From Takakia lepidozioides (lineage: Eukaryota; Plantae; Bryophyta), in the NCBI GenBank assembly GCA_030704615.1, contig CM060734.1, positions 15,748,001 through 15,812,000 of the forward strand: a stretch of DNA of 64,000 nt. Direction: 5' to 3'. Shown piece after piece: positions 48,382 through 60,854 of the stretch (its first letter is position 1; each line of letters starts with the position of its first letter). Below the pieces are notes generated by a model. That model did no database searches. It was given only the letters and a program-made list of their open reading frames with translations, and had not been told where the DNA came from. The position numbers and the translations under genes are program-made.

Positions 48382-48958
48382 GTACACTGGTCAAGAATAG
48401 AGAGGGAAGATACTATGTCTTGTCGGGACATGGAGAAGACCAAACAAGGTCTTTGTCAAATCAACGACAAATCAGCCTCATAACAAGGCACTATCTAACT
48501 TCACCTTCCATAGGCAGTATCTTACCTGATAAAAACTTGTGTCATCTTCTTGAAAACACATGAAAAAAAAAATTAGGGTGGGAGGGTGGGATTTCCAAGA
48601 CAACCATCGCCCTAGATTCAGATGTCATTCATCATTGAAGGAGTTTTGTTTTTCTTATAAAACAATCGGGACAAACACCACCTTTGGTACATACCAGATC
48701 AACATAAACACTCGAGCCTTTGAGAATGAGTTGCAGGTGTTGCAATTCCAAGAGCCCAGCCTGATAATGTAGACCAGCCAGCATGCTATGTCTATGTTCC
48801 ATGAATGCACAAAGGTCTGGATCTGGTTTTCCAATCATCGATCTCCAAAACTCAATCAGAGTGGAGTGCTACAATGAGCATAATCAGAACTTTATAGACA
48901 ACACCAGCTCAAAGGGTATTCCAAAAGGCTAGTTTGATAAGTTAAACCAGCCCCTATG
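48382..48958 (+). repeat. 577-bp copy of 8878-9454 held between two outward-facing left TIRs
   Basis: Starts GTACACTGGTCAAG (8878) and ends CCAGCCCCTATG (9454). Confidence 0.95.
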
Positions 48959-49159
48959 GGGGGCTGCTATTTCATGAGCGGCATGAGCATGAGCGGAAAA
49001 AAAAAAAAACATGAGCAGACCATTGTGAGTCCACGGAATTAGGGTCATGTGAAGTTGGAATGTGGCACCAGTGGACTTGAAATGCAACATTTTATTGCAA
49101 ATTTTGTTGCAAGCCACGTCTATACAAGTGTGTTCTAACTGTCATAGCCGGAATGGGCA

Positions 49160-52100
49160 CTACTCTCCTACACCCTCCGAGGAACTCGCCCCACCTTCTT
49201 CCTCATCCCCCTCATCCCCCTCATCCTCCGAGCTTTGTGATGCATCAGTTCCACTATGCCTCTCAAAAATCCCGTCCTCTCCTTGGGGGACTGTCCACCT
49301 CACCTCCTGGGAATCTTCTGCCTCTTCTCCCCCACTTTCCTCAGCAGAATCCAACACAAATCTACGAGCCCGACGGGCTCTAATAGCTGCTGCCTCCTCC
49401 CTCATCTTCATTTTCTTGAGGCTTGCCTCGTCTAAAATCTGCTGTACACGACTACGTTCGGAACACCTCCTAATGGACACCGAAGCAAGCCGGGCAGCAT
49501 AAGTAGGAAGGATGTACTCCCTTTCTGGACTAGGCATGAAATCCCCCCCTGGCAAAAAAAGGCACGTTCCTCCTGCCCATGAACTCCGGTGTAGACGTCC
49601 CTCCGGCAGTACTTGGCATCCTACAGTAAGAACAAATCCACTTCAAGAATGTCAATACCAGCACAACCAGAAAGGGTTTTCAATGAAATAAGAGAGCGGA
49701 GGGAGGTGCCTCACGAAATCTGGAGGCAACTTACAATGCCACCACTCACTCGTAAACCGGGGGCTCCTCGGCCTCGATCCCAACTTCCTCCCCTGCTCCT
49801 TCTCGGATTTTTCCTCATCCTCCGAGGATGCCTCTTCCTCTTTTGGCAGACGTTCAGCCGCTGCAAGTTCCGAGTGTGGAGGGCAGTATCTGGCTCGAAG
49901 GCGAACACATGCCTGTCGGACAACGTCCCTGCCCACATTGAAGCACCTGAGGAACAAAGCGGGCGGTTAATAGCTTGCGGCATGCAATTGCAATCGGGCC
50001 AGGGGACAAATTGAGCACGTGAAGGCTTACCCGTGCCGCATGTGAGGTCCAGAATCCGCCCTTGGACATCCGAGCACGTCTCCATGAGGGTTTGGATGAA
50101 AGCAGGGCTCCGGGTCCGGCTGTACCGCCACGGTTTGCCTGTCTTTGTGTCCTTTGGCATACTGGAGTGGGGCACATAGTTATAGAGGACATCGTAGGTT
50201 ACAGGGTCCACAGCGGCATCAACAAGACGACCGTCGTTGCGGAATTTGAACGTAGACCCTCTCTTCACAAAGCAATATGCCTCAAACACCAATGTCTGCA
50301 CATCCAACAAAGAAGGGATCAACTCCAGGGTCTACTTAACATACACCACAATATGAAGTGAATGCAATAGATTGATAACTTACACTTTGGCCCTCTGTTT
50401 GCAACCCCTGTGTACTGATGCAGAACCATTTCTGAGGAGGACCGGGGTGACACTTTTCGGTGTCCACCTTGCCACCGCATTCTCTGTGGTCTTCCCTCTC
50501 GTGGCAAGGACAACCACACATCCACCGTCATCCAGAAACATCCCCGCCAGCCCAAACCCGGCTTTCCAGTAGTCCTCAGTAAACCTGTTCCAGGTGGGCA
50601 CACCATCCAGGCCCTCCAGCAGCTCCCCATCTGGAATGTCGAGGAGAATCATGTCGCAAGCTCTCTCCACCTCAACCCCCCCCCCCCCTCGAGTGCTCTT
50701 GCAATTCGTGCTCACAGCCGTGAAGAATTCCATCATGGCTTCAAAACCAGGGGTGTCTTTAGGCTCTGTACCGGCAGCCCTCTTCTTGGCTTTCCCCTTC
50801 TGCTCCGCCAGAGACTTGCTGTGTGCCACCTTCTTCGCCCTGGCAGCGAGAGCGTCAAGGAAGCTCTCATTGACGCATTGGATGATGGTTGGAGGTTCTA
50901 GCTTTGGCCTGTGCGTAAACGTCACCGCCGAATACCGCCGTGTAGGCTCGCCCTCAAATGCCAACTTCTTGGCAGAGCCAGTCCCACTCCGAACTGACTT
51001 GGGAACCCGGACGACCGGTGACTGGGTAGGAGCAACAGTAGTTGCAGGACCTTGAACAAAGTTGTCGTCCGAGTCACTCTCTTGGGTCCCCTCCTGCGCC
51101 TCCTCCGATGCCCCGATGGTTTTCTTCTTTTTGGGTGTTACTGCACTCACCTGTTTCTTTGTCCTTTTGCTTTGGCCTTTACTCTTCTCATGCAACTTCT
51201 CCTGAATTCCTGTCTGAGCAAGCTCTACCGCTTTCCTGGAGTTCGCAAGCGCTTTTGCCTCTTTTGCACCCAACGGAGGCATCGGAGCCCGGTTTCGTCG
51301 GAATTCAGCATCCAGCTTCAATTGAAACTCGGATGGGTCGAGCGAGCCGGGCGGAAGGTCCACATACCAAGGGCAATCACGCAAATGTTCCAGATGCCAC
51401 TCCTTCACAATATCGTCAGTGTACATGGAGTCAGCCCCAGGGTTCCTCCATGCCAGGAAGAATGGTGGCTCGAAAGACAGATGACCTTTCTCCAAAAAGG
51501 AGAACTTGCAGTACCTGCATTCATGAAAAACACAATGAGGTCCCTGAAATGCATATTCGGAACCATTTTCCCAGGTTGGGGCGGATGTGAGTGGGCCTAG
51601 AAATAGAAAAATGGCGCCGAATTTCGGTTTTCGGTGACTGCCACCTTAGGGACTTAGCCATCTTGGGAGCCCTGAACTGGAAATTCGGCGCCATTTTTCC
51701 CGGTTTGGCCCGAAGATGGCTAAGTCCCAGAACCGCAATAGGGCCTAGAACTGGAAAAATGGCGCCGAATTTCCAGTTCAGGGCCAGCCACCCTAGGGAC
51801 TTAGCCCGAAAATGGCTAAGTCCCTGAACGGCAATAGGGCCTAGAACTGGAAAATGGCGCCGAATTTCCAGTTCAGGGCCAGCCACCCTAGGGACTTAGC
51901 CCGAAAATGGCTAAGTCCCTGAACGGCAATAGGGCCTAGAACTGGAAAATGGCGCGAATTTCCAGTTCAGGGCCAGCCACCCTAGGGACTTAGCCCCAAA
52001 ATGGCTAAGTCCCTGAACGGCAATAGGGCCTACAACTGGAAAATGGCGCCGAATTTCCACTTCGGGGCCAGCCACCCTAGGGACTTAGCCCGAAAATGGC

Positions 52101-55100
52101 TAAGTCCCTGAACGGCAATAGGGCCTAGAACTGGAAAATGGCGCCGAATTTCCAGTTCAGGGCCAGCCAGTCTACGGACTTAGCCATTTTCGGAGCCCTG
52201 ACTGGAAATTCGGCGCCATTTTCCCTAACACCAAATGAGGCTTCTAACATCCTGAAATGCAAGGACTTGAAAGAAAGGCAGCACGTATGTACCTGTACAG
52301 AAGGCGCATTGCTGCTTTGTCCGCGTTCGGCTGGTCGGTGAACTCGTGGCTCCGGCGAGCATCTGCTATCTCCCGAAAGAATAGGTTGGTTTTGTAGAGC
52401 AGAAAGTACCTCGTCACATAGTCACGTAGGCTCTCTGCTGCAGGAGATATCTCCATCTTGAACTGATGTGCTTGTGTGTCCAGCTGCTCTTGCGCATTCG
52501 TCGTCACCTGTGGAGATTCTCCATCAGATCGCTTTCCTGAAAAATACAATGAATCCACCCCCTACTAGAGTAGAAGCCCCAAACGAAGCGTGGGGAAGTA
52601 CCTGAAACCACCATGTCATGCGGTTCATCCACATGTCGAATGTGGGGTCAGAGAGTTTGTCCGGTTTGGGAAGCTCCACGTGTCCCTGGTACTTTGGGAA
52701 CCATTCCAGATTTGGAGCCACCGGGTTTGTCCAACCACCCAGCATATTCGTAAGCGCCAAACACCACAAAAAGGAGTTGTTGCCACCACAATTTGGTTAA
52801 GAATGTATCACCTTTTCTGTTGCATCCACACAGGATGTGGCTAGACGATGGAGCTTCTCCAATGTCATCGTGGGCTTCAGAGCGCGAGAATAGTGCTTCC
52901 CCACCTCCACCAGAAAGTCGGCACCAAGGGCGGGATCAGCTATGGCCACGTACTTTACCATCCGCGACTTGTACTTTATGCGGGCCCTCACCTCCGCAGC
53001 TTTGACATACGATTCAAGTTCCGGGAGGGTTGGATTCTTCTCCTCTGACTCCATGTAGAACCTCCGCGCATGTGCCAAATCCTGCTGTATTTTTGTCTGT
53101 CAAGAATGCGCACATAAGATTAGAGATCCTGCTCAACACAATTTCTTCTATTGGGGGAGGAGAGACATATTAGCTCAACAAAACTGTCAGGAGCTTTACC
53201 CGAAATATGTAGTCCACCATGGCGTCGACGCTCAGCCTATACCAGGTTCTGTCTGCCTTTGCCTCCGACTTGCGCATGAGGTCGGCACTGAGGGAATTGG
53301 CAAACTCTTGCACCCCCTGCTTCCCGACATCCTTCACTCGAAAGAGCATATGGGACAAGTTGGTGGCAATGAAGGCATTCTCAGTCACCCTGCAGTGCCA
53401 CATTTCCATCAAACAATACTGAAATGGGAATTTTCATCATATATGAGGATTCGCAATGAAATGACTTCCAAATTCAAAGTCCAAAAGCGAGAGGGCGTTG
53501 TAGCTTACGAGTTGATGTCGGCCATTGCAGCTTCGAGAAGACTGCGATCTTTGGGCCCCGCAACCTTCAGCACAACACAATCCACGGCGAAATGCCAATC
53601 GAGGTCGTTGGGGTGGGCTTGGGCAATGTGCTCCATCCATGCCAGGAGGCGATGATTGCCGTCCCACACGTAGAACATCTTACCGGACAAGTGCTGGAAA
53701 AGAGGATCACTAGCAATCGATCTCTCGAACTCCTCATTTCGCGTTTGCCAATGGGGACCCCATTTGTCCACCTCATCGGAAGTGTGGGCACGGGAAGCTC
53801 CGTGGTCGTTCTCAATGGAAACGTAAAACGCGGCAGATCCCATTCGATATCCATCCCGGAAAGAGAATTTCAGCTTGTCGATATCGCCTGGGAGGGCAGG
53901 TCTCACCACCTGCAATGACACCAAGCGGCAAAGGGGAGTTCGAAGCTTGGTCGGGTACACCATGCCCCCAGCACCCTGCCAATGTTGCTGTGGGTTGCCT
54001 CCAACATCTTGGCAGCGGCCAACTTCATATCCGCCTCGGACATGACGTCTGCTGCAGAGGGATTTTCCGGCAGCCCACCAGGACCGCCAAATCCAGCCTG
54101 TATGCTCCGGGTTTGGGGCCTGGGGATGTCCGGGAGGATGTCATCCTGGTCAGAAAGCTCCCTGTCGTCCTCCTCAACAGGGTCAGCCACCTGCGAAACC
54201 ACCTCCAGCACTCTCCCCGTCTCTACTGCCCTCTCCCTGGCTTCACCTCGAACTTGCACAATCCGTGCTCTTTCTGGTGTTCTTTCCTCTCCTCCACTCT
54301 CCACCGTATGGGTAATTGCAGGGGCTGCTCTTGCCCGCGATGGTCTAACCGGTTGTGTTACTGCCTCTCTGTGGTGTCTTAGAGGGATCCACCGTCTCTG
54401 TGCGTCCCTCGCTTACATTGGCATCTGTCATTTGGGCACCCCTGGCCTCTTCAGTGGCCTTTTCTCTTTCCTCCTGGCTAGCATTCTGTCTCGTCTGTTT
54501 CTTTTGCCCTCTCTTTTGCCCTCTCACGGGCTTTCTGTTTCTTACTAGGGCTAGCAGCAGGGGAGCCCTCCAGGACGACCACCTTTGATTGAGGCGAACT
54601 GACACCCTCGCGCGCACTGCTCACTCCCCCCTCCGCAACCCGTGACGGCTCTTTCGCCGGGGATTGCATGTGCTTAGCTTCTTCTTTTTCTTTGCGTGGG
54701 CGGGCCCTACTGCATGTGCATGAACAACCTCCATTGCCGGATCTGCTGTCCTCATGTCCTCACGCCCTTCACCTGCCGTGCCGCCTGGCACCAACCTCCC
54801 CAATGCCTATTCTGTCGTACTGTCGTTGCAAGTCCTCCCGTCCACCAACAAAAGGTTTAAGTTTGCCCTCTCGCCCCAAGTTGGGCGATTCAAACATGCG
54901 ATGACTTGGAGCTGTCGATGATACCACCAGCGTGCCAGGCTCGTCGTCACTCTGTCATTCCCAAAAATCGTGAAAACCAACATCGGTGCAAAAACCAGCA
55001 TCGCAATGAGCAGCGCAACCACCATAGCAACAATCGTGTAACAAAAATGAAAACATAACAAGTTTAGGAAGTATGGAGAGCCATGCAACAACAATGAAAA

Positions 55101-55486
55101 CAAATGCAACCATTGCCTGAGAATGACATGCACAAGCAGCCTTCTCCAGAGCTGCCGGATTTGCACACGCATTGCAAACAATCTAAGGTTCACTCAACTA
55201 TCTAAAGTTCACTCATCCAGCGAAGCCAGGATGAAGATGCAAAACAAAGCGAGGCAACAAAGCGAAAGCAAAAAAGAAATCGAACAAAGCGAAAGCAGAA
55301 GTGGCTTGCCTGAGAGTACTCGGCTTTAGTTGGCGCGGGTTGTGAGCAAGACACTGGAATCTCCTGCTGGAGCTTCAGTTTGGCCATGCGAGAGATTGGC
55401 CGTCGTCCGTAGTACAGAGCTTTCAACTTCCGCCGCGGTCTGGATGTGAGGTCTCTCTCAGGAGAGCCACGCCCTTTAGGCGGCAT
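49160..55486 (-). pseudogene. ParB-MTase-like gene, copy D (complete span, scattered 1-bp frameshifts)
   Basis: ORFs 53505-53963 (uninterrupted ParB domain), 50380-51495 (DIPDG), 49711-50322 (DLTCGTG) and 49160-49555 (acidic tail). Confidence 0.85.
51605..52225. repeat. Intronic ~95-bp tandem array of copy D
   Basis: AAAATGGCTAAG at 51809, 51904, 51998 and 52093. Confidence 0.92.
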
Positions 55487-55699
55487 AAGTCCCAGCAAAA
55501 TGGAAAAAATCTCCGTTTTTGGGGTACATGCCTCGAATAGCATGTTAAGCCAAGATTAGCATCAGATTTAGGGTACGTATCCAGGAAGCCATGTGTCGCC
55601 AGCCCGAATGAAAACGGATGGCGGTGGACATTTATTGCCCAACTGCGCAATTAAATGTCGGATGAAGCCCTCCATGTCGGATGAAAATCGACGGAACTC

Positions 55700-56755
55700 G
55701 GCCCGGAATTTCCAACGTAGAGGTAATTCGGGAGCGCTTGCAGGATGGAAATCCGGCGCCGGATTTCCATCCTGCAGGTAATTCGGAGCGCAGCAGGATG
55801 GAAATTCAGCGCCAAATTTCCATCCTGCAAGGTAGGGCGGCACGCGAAATTTCCCTCACGCAGGTAATTCGGAAGCGGATGGATGCAAATCCGCCGCCGG
55901 ATTTCCATCCGCGAAGGTAGGGCGGGCGCGCAAAATTTCCCTCACGTAGGTAATTCAGAAGCGGATGGATGGAAATCCGGCGCCGGATTTCCATCCACGC
56001 AGGTAGGGCGGCGCGCCAAATTTCCCTGACACAGGTAATTTGACTCCCGGATGGATGGAAATTCGGCGCCGAATCTCAATCTAGGGGGATGCTCTCTGTC
56101 GAACACGTGCGGCCTCTACGCCGAGGCGACTTCATTCGGGCGTCCCCTGTTGGATATTCGGTGCCGAATTTCCGTCCGGGGGTTGAAATGTGATGGCCAG
56201 GTGCCGGCCTCTCCCCCCTCCCCGACTGCATCCGAACCGCCCCGGATGGAAATTCCGCGCCGTTTTTCCATTGGGGATGTTTTTATGCCGGCCAGTTTTC
56301 GCCTGACCCCCCGGAACGACTTCCTTTGGGGGGGGCCCGGATGGAAATTCGGCGCCGAATCTCCATCCAGGGGATGTTCTCTGTCGCACAATCGCCGGCC
56401 TCTGCGCCCGAGGCGACTTCATCCGGGCTTCCCTGTGTATATTCGGTGCCGAATTTCCGTCCGGGGGGTTGTAATGTGAGGGCCAGAGGATGGCGGCCTT
56501 TCCCCCGAGCCGACTGCATCCGAAACGCCTCGGATGGAAATTCGGCGCCGTTTTTCCATCCGCGTAGGTTTTTATGTCGGCCAGTTTTCGGCCTGACCCC
56601 CCGACAGGACTTCCTTTGGGGGGATCCGAATGGAAATTTGGCGTTGAATTTCCGTCCAGGGGATGTTCTCTGTCGGACAGGTGCCGGCATCTCTGCCATA
56701 GACGACTTCATCCGTGCGGCCCCTGTTGGATATTGGGTGCCGAATTTCCATTCGG
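55700..56755. repeat. Central palindrome arrays of copy D (hub deleted)
   Basis: Same motifs as 40225-41705, lacking the equivalent of ~40921-41342. Confidence 0.85.
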
Positions 56756-57060
56756 GGGGTAGGTAGTAATGTGACGGCACGGTGCCGGCTTCTCCCCTTC
56801 AGCCGTCATCATCCGGACGGCCCCCCACTTTCTGACTGCATACCGTTGGCAGTTATTGCGCAAAGACCAGGGGCCGCATTCCGGAGACAAGGTTCATTAA
56901 CACTCTGACTGTGGATTTTTGAGATAGTTGGCTCCCTGGATTTGGATCAGGCTTCGTTGCTCGGACAAATCGGCACCGCATTCCTTCCCATCGCTGCATC
57001 CCCCTTCTACCAGGGAGCTTCCCCGCACGCCATCCTGGCAGTCTTGTGTGCACATCTCCC

Positions 57061-60000
57061 ATGGCGGAAAACCCGAGCGCTACAGTGTACTGCCCTCCTC
57101 ACGAGCATAGAGCTTCATTCCGTGCAGAGGGGACATCTGCCGGGTGATGGAGAAATATCTGTGCGTTCGATACCACCTGAAACCGGGGTCGGTTTTTTTT
57201 GGAGGAGGAAAGGAAGGACTCAAACGGCCTTGTTGTCGAGAGTATTGTTGTGCTCCACGATGATTTCGGCGATGGCAGGGAATGGCGAGTTCCACCATCG
57301 GACAACGTCATATACAGGGATGTTGGGGACTTCATTTGCCCGCCAAATGCACCTTCTATCCTGGCGCCTTCCACGAAACAATCCGCGAATCAGAGAGTGG
57401 CTACCTCAAAGAGAGAAGTCCACAACGAAGTAAATCCAGAGCCGAACCCATCCATGAAGACGAGCGAGAACCGGGTTGTTCACAACCTGTCCGACTCAGA
57501 CGAGGTCATGGAAGTTCCGAGGTCGTCCTGGAGATCAGGCAAGTCCTCAATGGACGTCAGTGGAGGAGGGAGTCATATTCCCAGCACGAGCACCGCAGTT
57601 CGATCTATTCTTGAAATTCTGCGAGGGCTTCACCTGGAGGGACACCGGTCGGAGCTGGCTGGGCTGGACTACAGCAAGTTCGCAATTAAAATCGGTTACA
57701 TGCCTTCCCGCCGACGTCGACGGTATAATTCTTCTTGAGTTCCCTCCTCGGGCGGACTACTCGAGGGCGTCCGGAATGTTGACAGATATGGATAGAAACA
57801 TGACGGTCATCCTTGGTGCGTTACCAAACCACCAGCATGAAGATGCTCGATGGTGTGCGGGTGCGCTACGTTGTTTGTGCGGGCGCGTTGCGGTGTTTCT
57901 CCCCAACTTGCTTCCACTTTTAATCCAGAGGTCACAAGAACGAGACGATTGGACAGGCACAGCTCATCAACCATTTCGAGGTCAGGAGAAGGTTCCGAAC
58001 TCCACATTTAAGTGTGCGCATTGCAAAGAACCACCACACTGCATGTCTGTTTGTAATGCTAAGCAGTTCTATGTGTTGCACCGTTTCCCTGACCTCACCC
58101 GAGCTTGCATACACGTTGGTTCCCATTGTCACAAATTGGCGAGGGGGAACTCGCGGGAGGCTGCCCACGAGGCAGAGCAGCTCATTCAGGAGGAGGTTAA
58201 GTTGAGACCGGGTGCCAAACCCAAACAGATACAGCTCCAAGCCGCCCATAAGATGGCATTGGCCAGAATTATGTCGGAAGACGGCTCCGATAGAGTTCCT
58301 CTCGATGAGAAGGAAATGGAGGCATTGCTGGAGTCGGTGTCCCACGTATGTTCACCGAATGTCCGAAACCACATTGTCTCAAGCAAACAGAAAATTGGGC
58401 GTGGCTCGGATATGCACTCCATTCTGGAGGTGAAGCGACGATGTGGATATGACTACATTCATGGAAGTAGGTTTCCAGGACAAGGGACTGAGGCAGATCG
58501 TTGTTTCGTATTCAAAATGTCCACGTGTGGACTTGCCAGCGGCGTCGAACTGGTCGACAGGATGACGAGTGGGGACTTGTCAAACAGTTGGGTCATGTTC
58601 GACCATATCAAGCGAATTACAAATCACCAGTGGGTGACAATGGGTGCACATGTCTACGACACCCACTGCAGGATGCTAATGACAATTGTTATTTGTGAGA
58701 TGAAGGAGAGGACACACAATCGGAGATGCTTCTTTGGCAGGGAATAAACGAACAGATGGCCAAGGCGGGATTGCCCCCTCCCAATTTCCGTGGTTTCATG
58801 GCGGACAACGCACAAGCAAATTGGCTGCCATCCGAAGGGTGTACGGGCAAGACCCCAATGTTCCCATGGAAGGCAAGGAGAGATCTTGTGGGTTCCATTT
58901 TCTGCAGAGCCTTTTGCAGTACACAACCAGGCTCGTGGCGCCAGATTTCAGAGAGGAGCACCGTTCCATGTGCCTTGCGTGGAAGCGCGCTCCCACCTTG
59001 GATGATGCAGAGACACAGTTTGCATGTATACGGGCTTGGTGGACATCGTCAGGTGCTGTAAGGAAATCACACGAGGGAGCAATGGTCAGTTGGCTAGCAT
59101 GGTGGCATTATCGTTTCCTCCAGTTCGGCGACTATATGCGGGAGGTGAGTTGCACGAATTCGTGTCCCGTTGAATATTATTCTTGGCCATATTTGTACTT
59201 GCTTGTAACCTCAACATGTTGCTTGTGCAGGAAATGTGTCTCGACTCAGACACCGGACATGCCCACGACAAACATGGCCGAATCAGTGCACTCTTCCTGG
59301 CGTGCCTCCTCTGCGGCGCATCTGGTGGACATCCTCACTGCCACAAACGGAGGACATTGTGAGGTCAATTATGCAGCAATCCAGGTACAACGAGTTCTTA
59401 AAGGAAACAGTGGGGCTTGGGGCCGGACAGGCAGGAAATGCTGATGCGGACTGCCTCTAGATCGAAGAATCCTCGGAAGTGGGCGGCGGCCTTGCGAGAG
59501 GGCCTTCGGGACACCCCATTGCTGCGAAGAGGCCAACATTTGGAAAGAGATGTTCATACCCGTCCAGTGAGACGAAGACTTGACGAGGCACCTGGCGGAG
59601 AAGAGGATTCATGGCAAGCTGACAAGAATATTCGCACGCTCCCTCGTGGTCCGGTGATGTTGCCCAAGGAGGTCTCGTCGAGCACCGCAAGTCCTGCACG
59701 TTCAAGATCGTCATCTCCTTTGAGCACAGGGCGCGTGCCCCGGCAACATAACAGCCATCTGTAGTAAAGCAGTACAACATTCCCATTGTGGAGACAAGAG
59801 TGTCGGAGTCATAGTGGAGAATTGTGAGGACATTGCCGGCATCTCGAGGGAGTGCTGCGCCATCCGTGGAACGAGAGCACGCTGTGGTGAGATGATTCGG
59901 AGGAACCCACACAGTGCTGTACCTGCACCTTGTTTCAGCGGCAGATTTTTGACCCCACATTTGCTCATGCCACAACGCAGACATTTTGGTTCTGTAGGCA

Positions 60001-60637
60001 CGACATAATGACCTGTGTATTTGGCAAGCCAAGTACGGGATTCAGGGAATGCCGGAGCCTCCGGGCGTCTGGCCTGTTGCACCGGGTTGCAGCCTCTCTC
60101 AGAATGAGGCGGATGCTATCTGCAGCAGATTTTCGAATGGTGCAACGCACAGACATCCTGGCCCACGCATTTCCGGTTCCTCAGACCCAGCCATTGCAGA
60201 CTGCTCGGTCCAGTAGAGACGGATTGGAACAATTCTGCACATCCCACAATGCGATTCGGAAGAGTGAAGAGACGAACCCCTCCAACAAGTTGAATGAGAC
60301 TCGGATTGCCAATGCTCTTGGGATGGCTTGCACTATTCAGAGCTCCGTGGACGTACCCCACCCGGCCTTGGGCGTGTGTATCGGATGGCAACGGCCGGCT
60401 CGGCTGTACGCGACGATGTATACACAATTACGATTGGAGTGGAGCCGACTTGCAATTGTACGAACTTCTCGTTGATGGAAGCAAAGAAGGGTTCGAAGTA
60501 TTATCCGTGCAAACATCTGTATTACATTTACCTGAAGAGGTTGAGGATGAACGTGACTATGATGACTTTATTCATGCACCGGCATTGAGCGTGAACGAGC
60601 TGCACAAACTCCTCCTAGGGATTCCAGAAATCATTGA
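57061..60637 (+). pseudogene. MULE transposase, copy D (multiple frameshifts, TAG at 59812)
   Basis: Collinear with 27563-31136 with the same DDE and SWIM motifs. Confidence 0.9.
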
Positions 60638-60854
60638 TGGGCAAGGGAATCCTCCATATGGATATTTTCAATTGCATTTTGCTGTATCAGACTTTTTTTT
60701 TGCAGTGTAATGAAATGCCCCAAAACTCCTGGAATGAGGCAATATTCCATTCAAACTGAGATCCAACAGAAGCAGTTGTGGGGCCATTTCTGGAAAAATG
60801 GCGCCGAATTTCTCTTTTGGGGCCGAAAACTGGCCAAGTCCCAACATGCACTGG

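Larger units (their letters stand above)
48959..60854 (+). mobile_element. MULE copy D: nearly full length, ~420-bp deletion of the central hub near 56048, right end interrupted by copy E
   Basis: Left TIR at 48959, both genes present, ends in the first subterminal repeat at ...CATGCACTGG. Confidence 0.93.

Noticed and set aside
48959-60854. Treating every 1-bp frameshift as true pseudogenisation or programmed frameshifting
   Set aside because: The indels are copy-specific and often in homopolymers, as expected of long-read consensus error. This cannot be resolved without reads.
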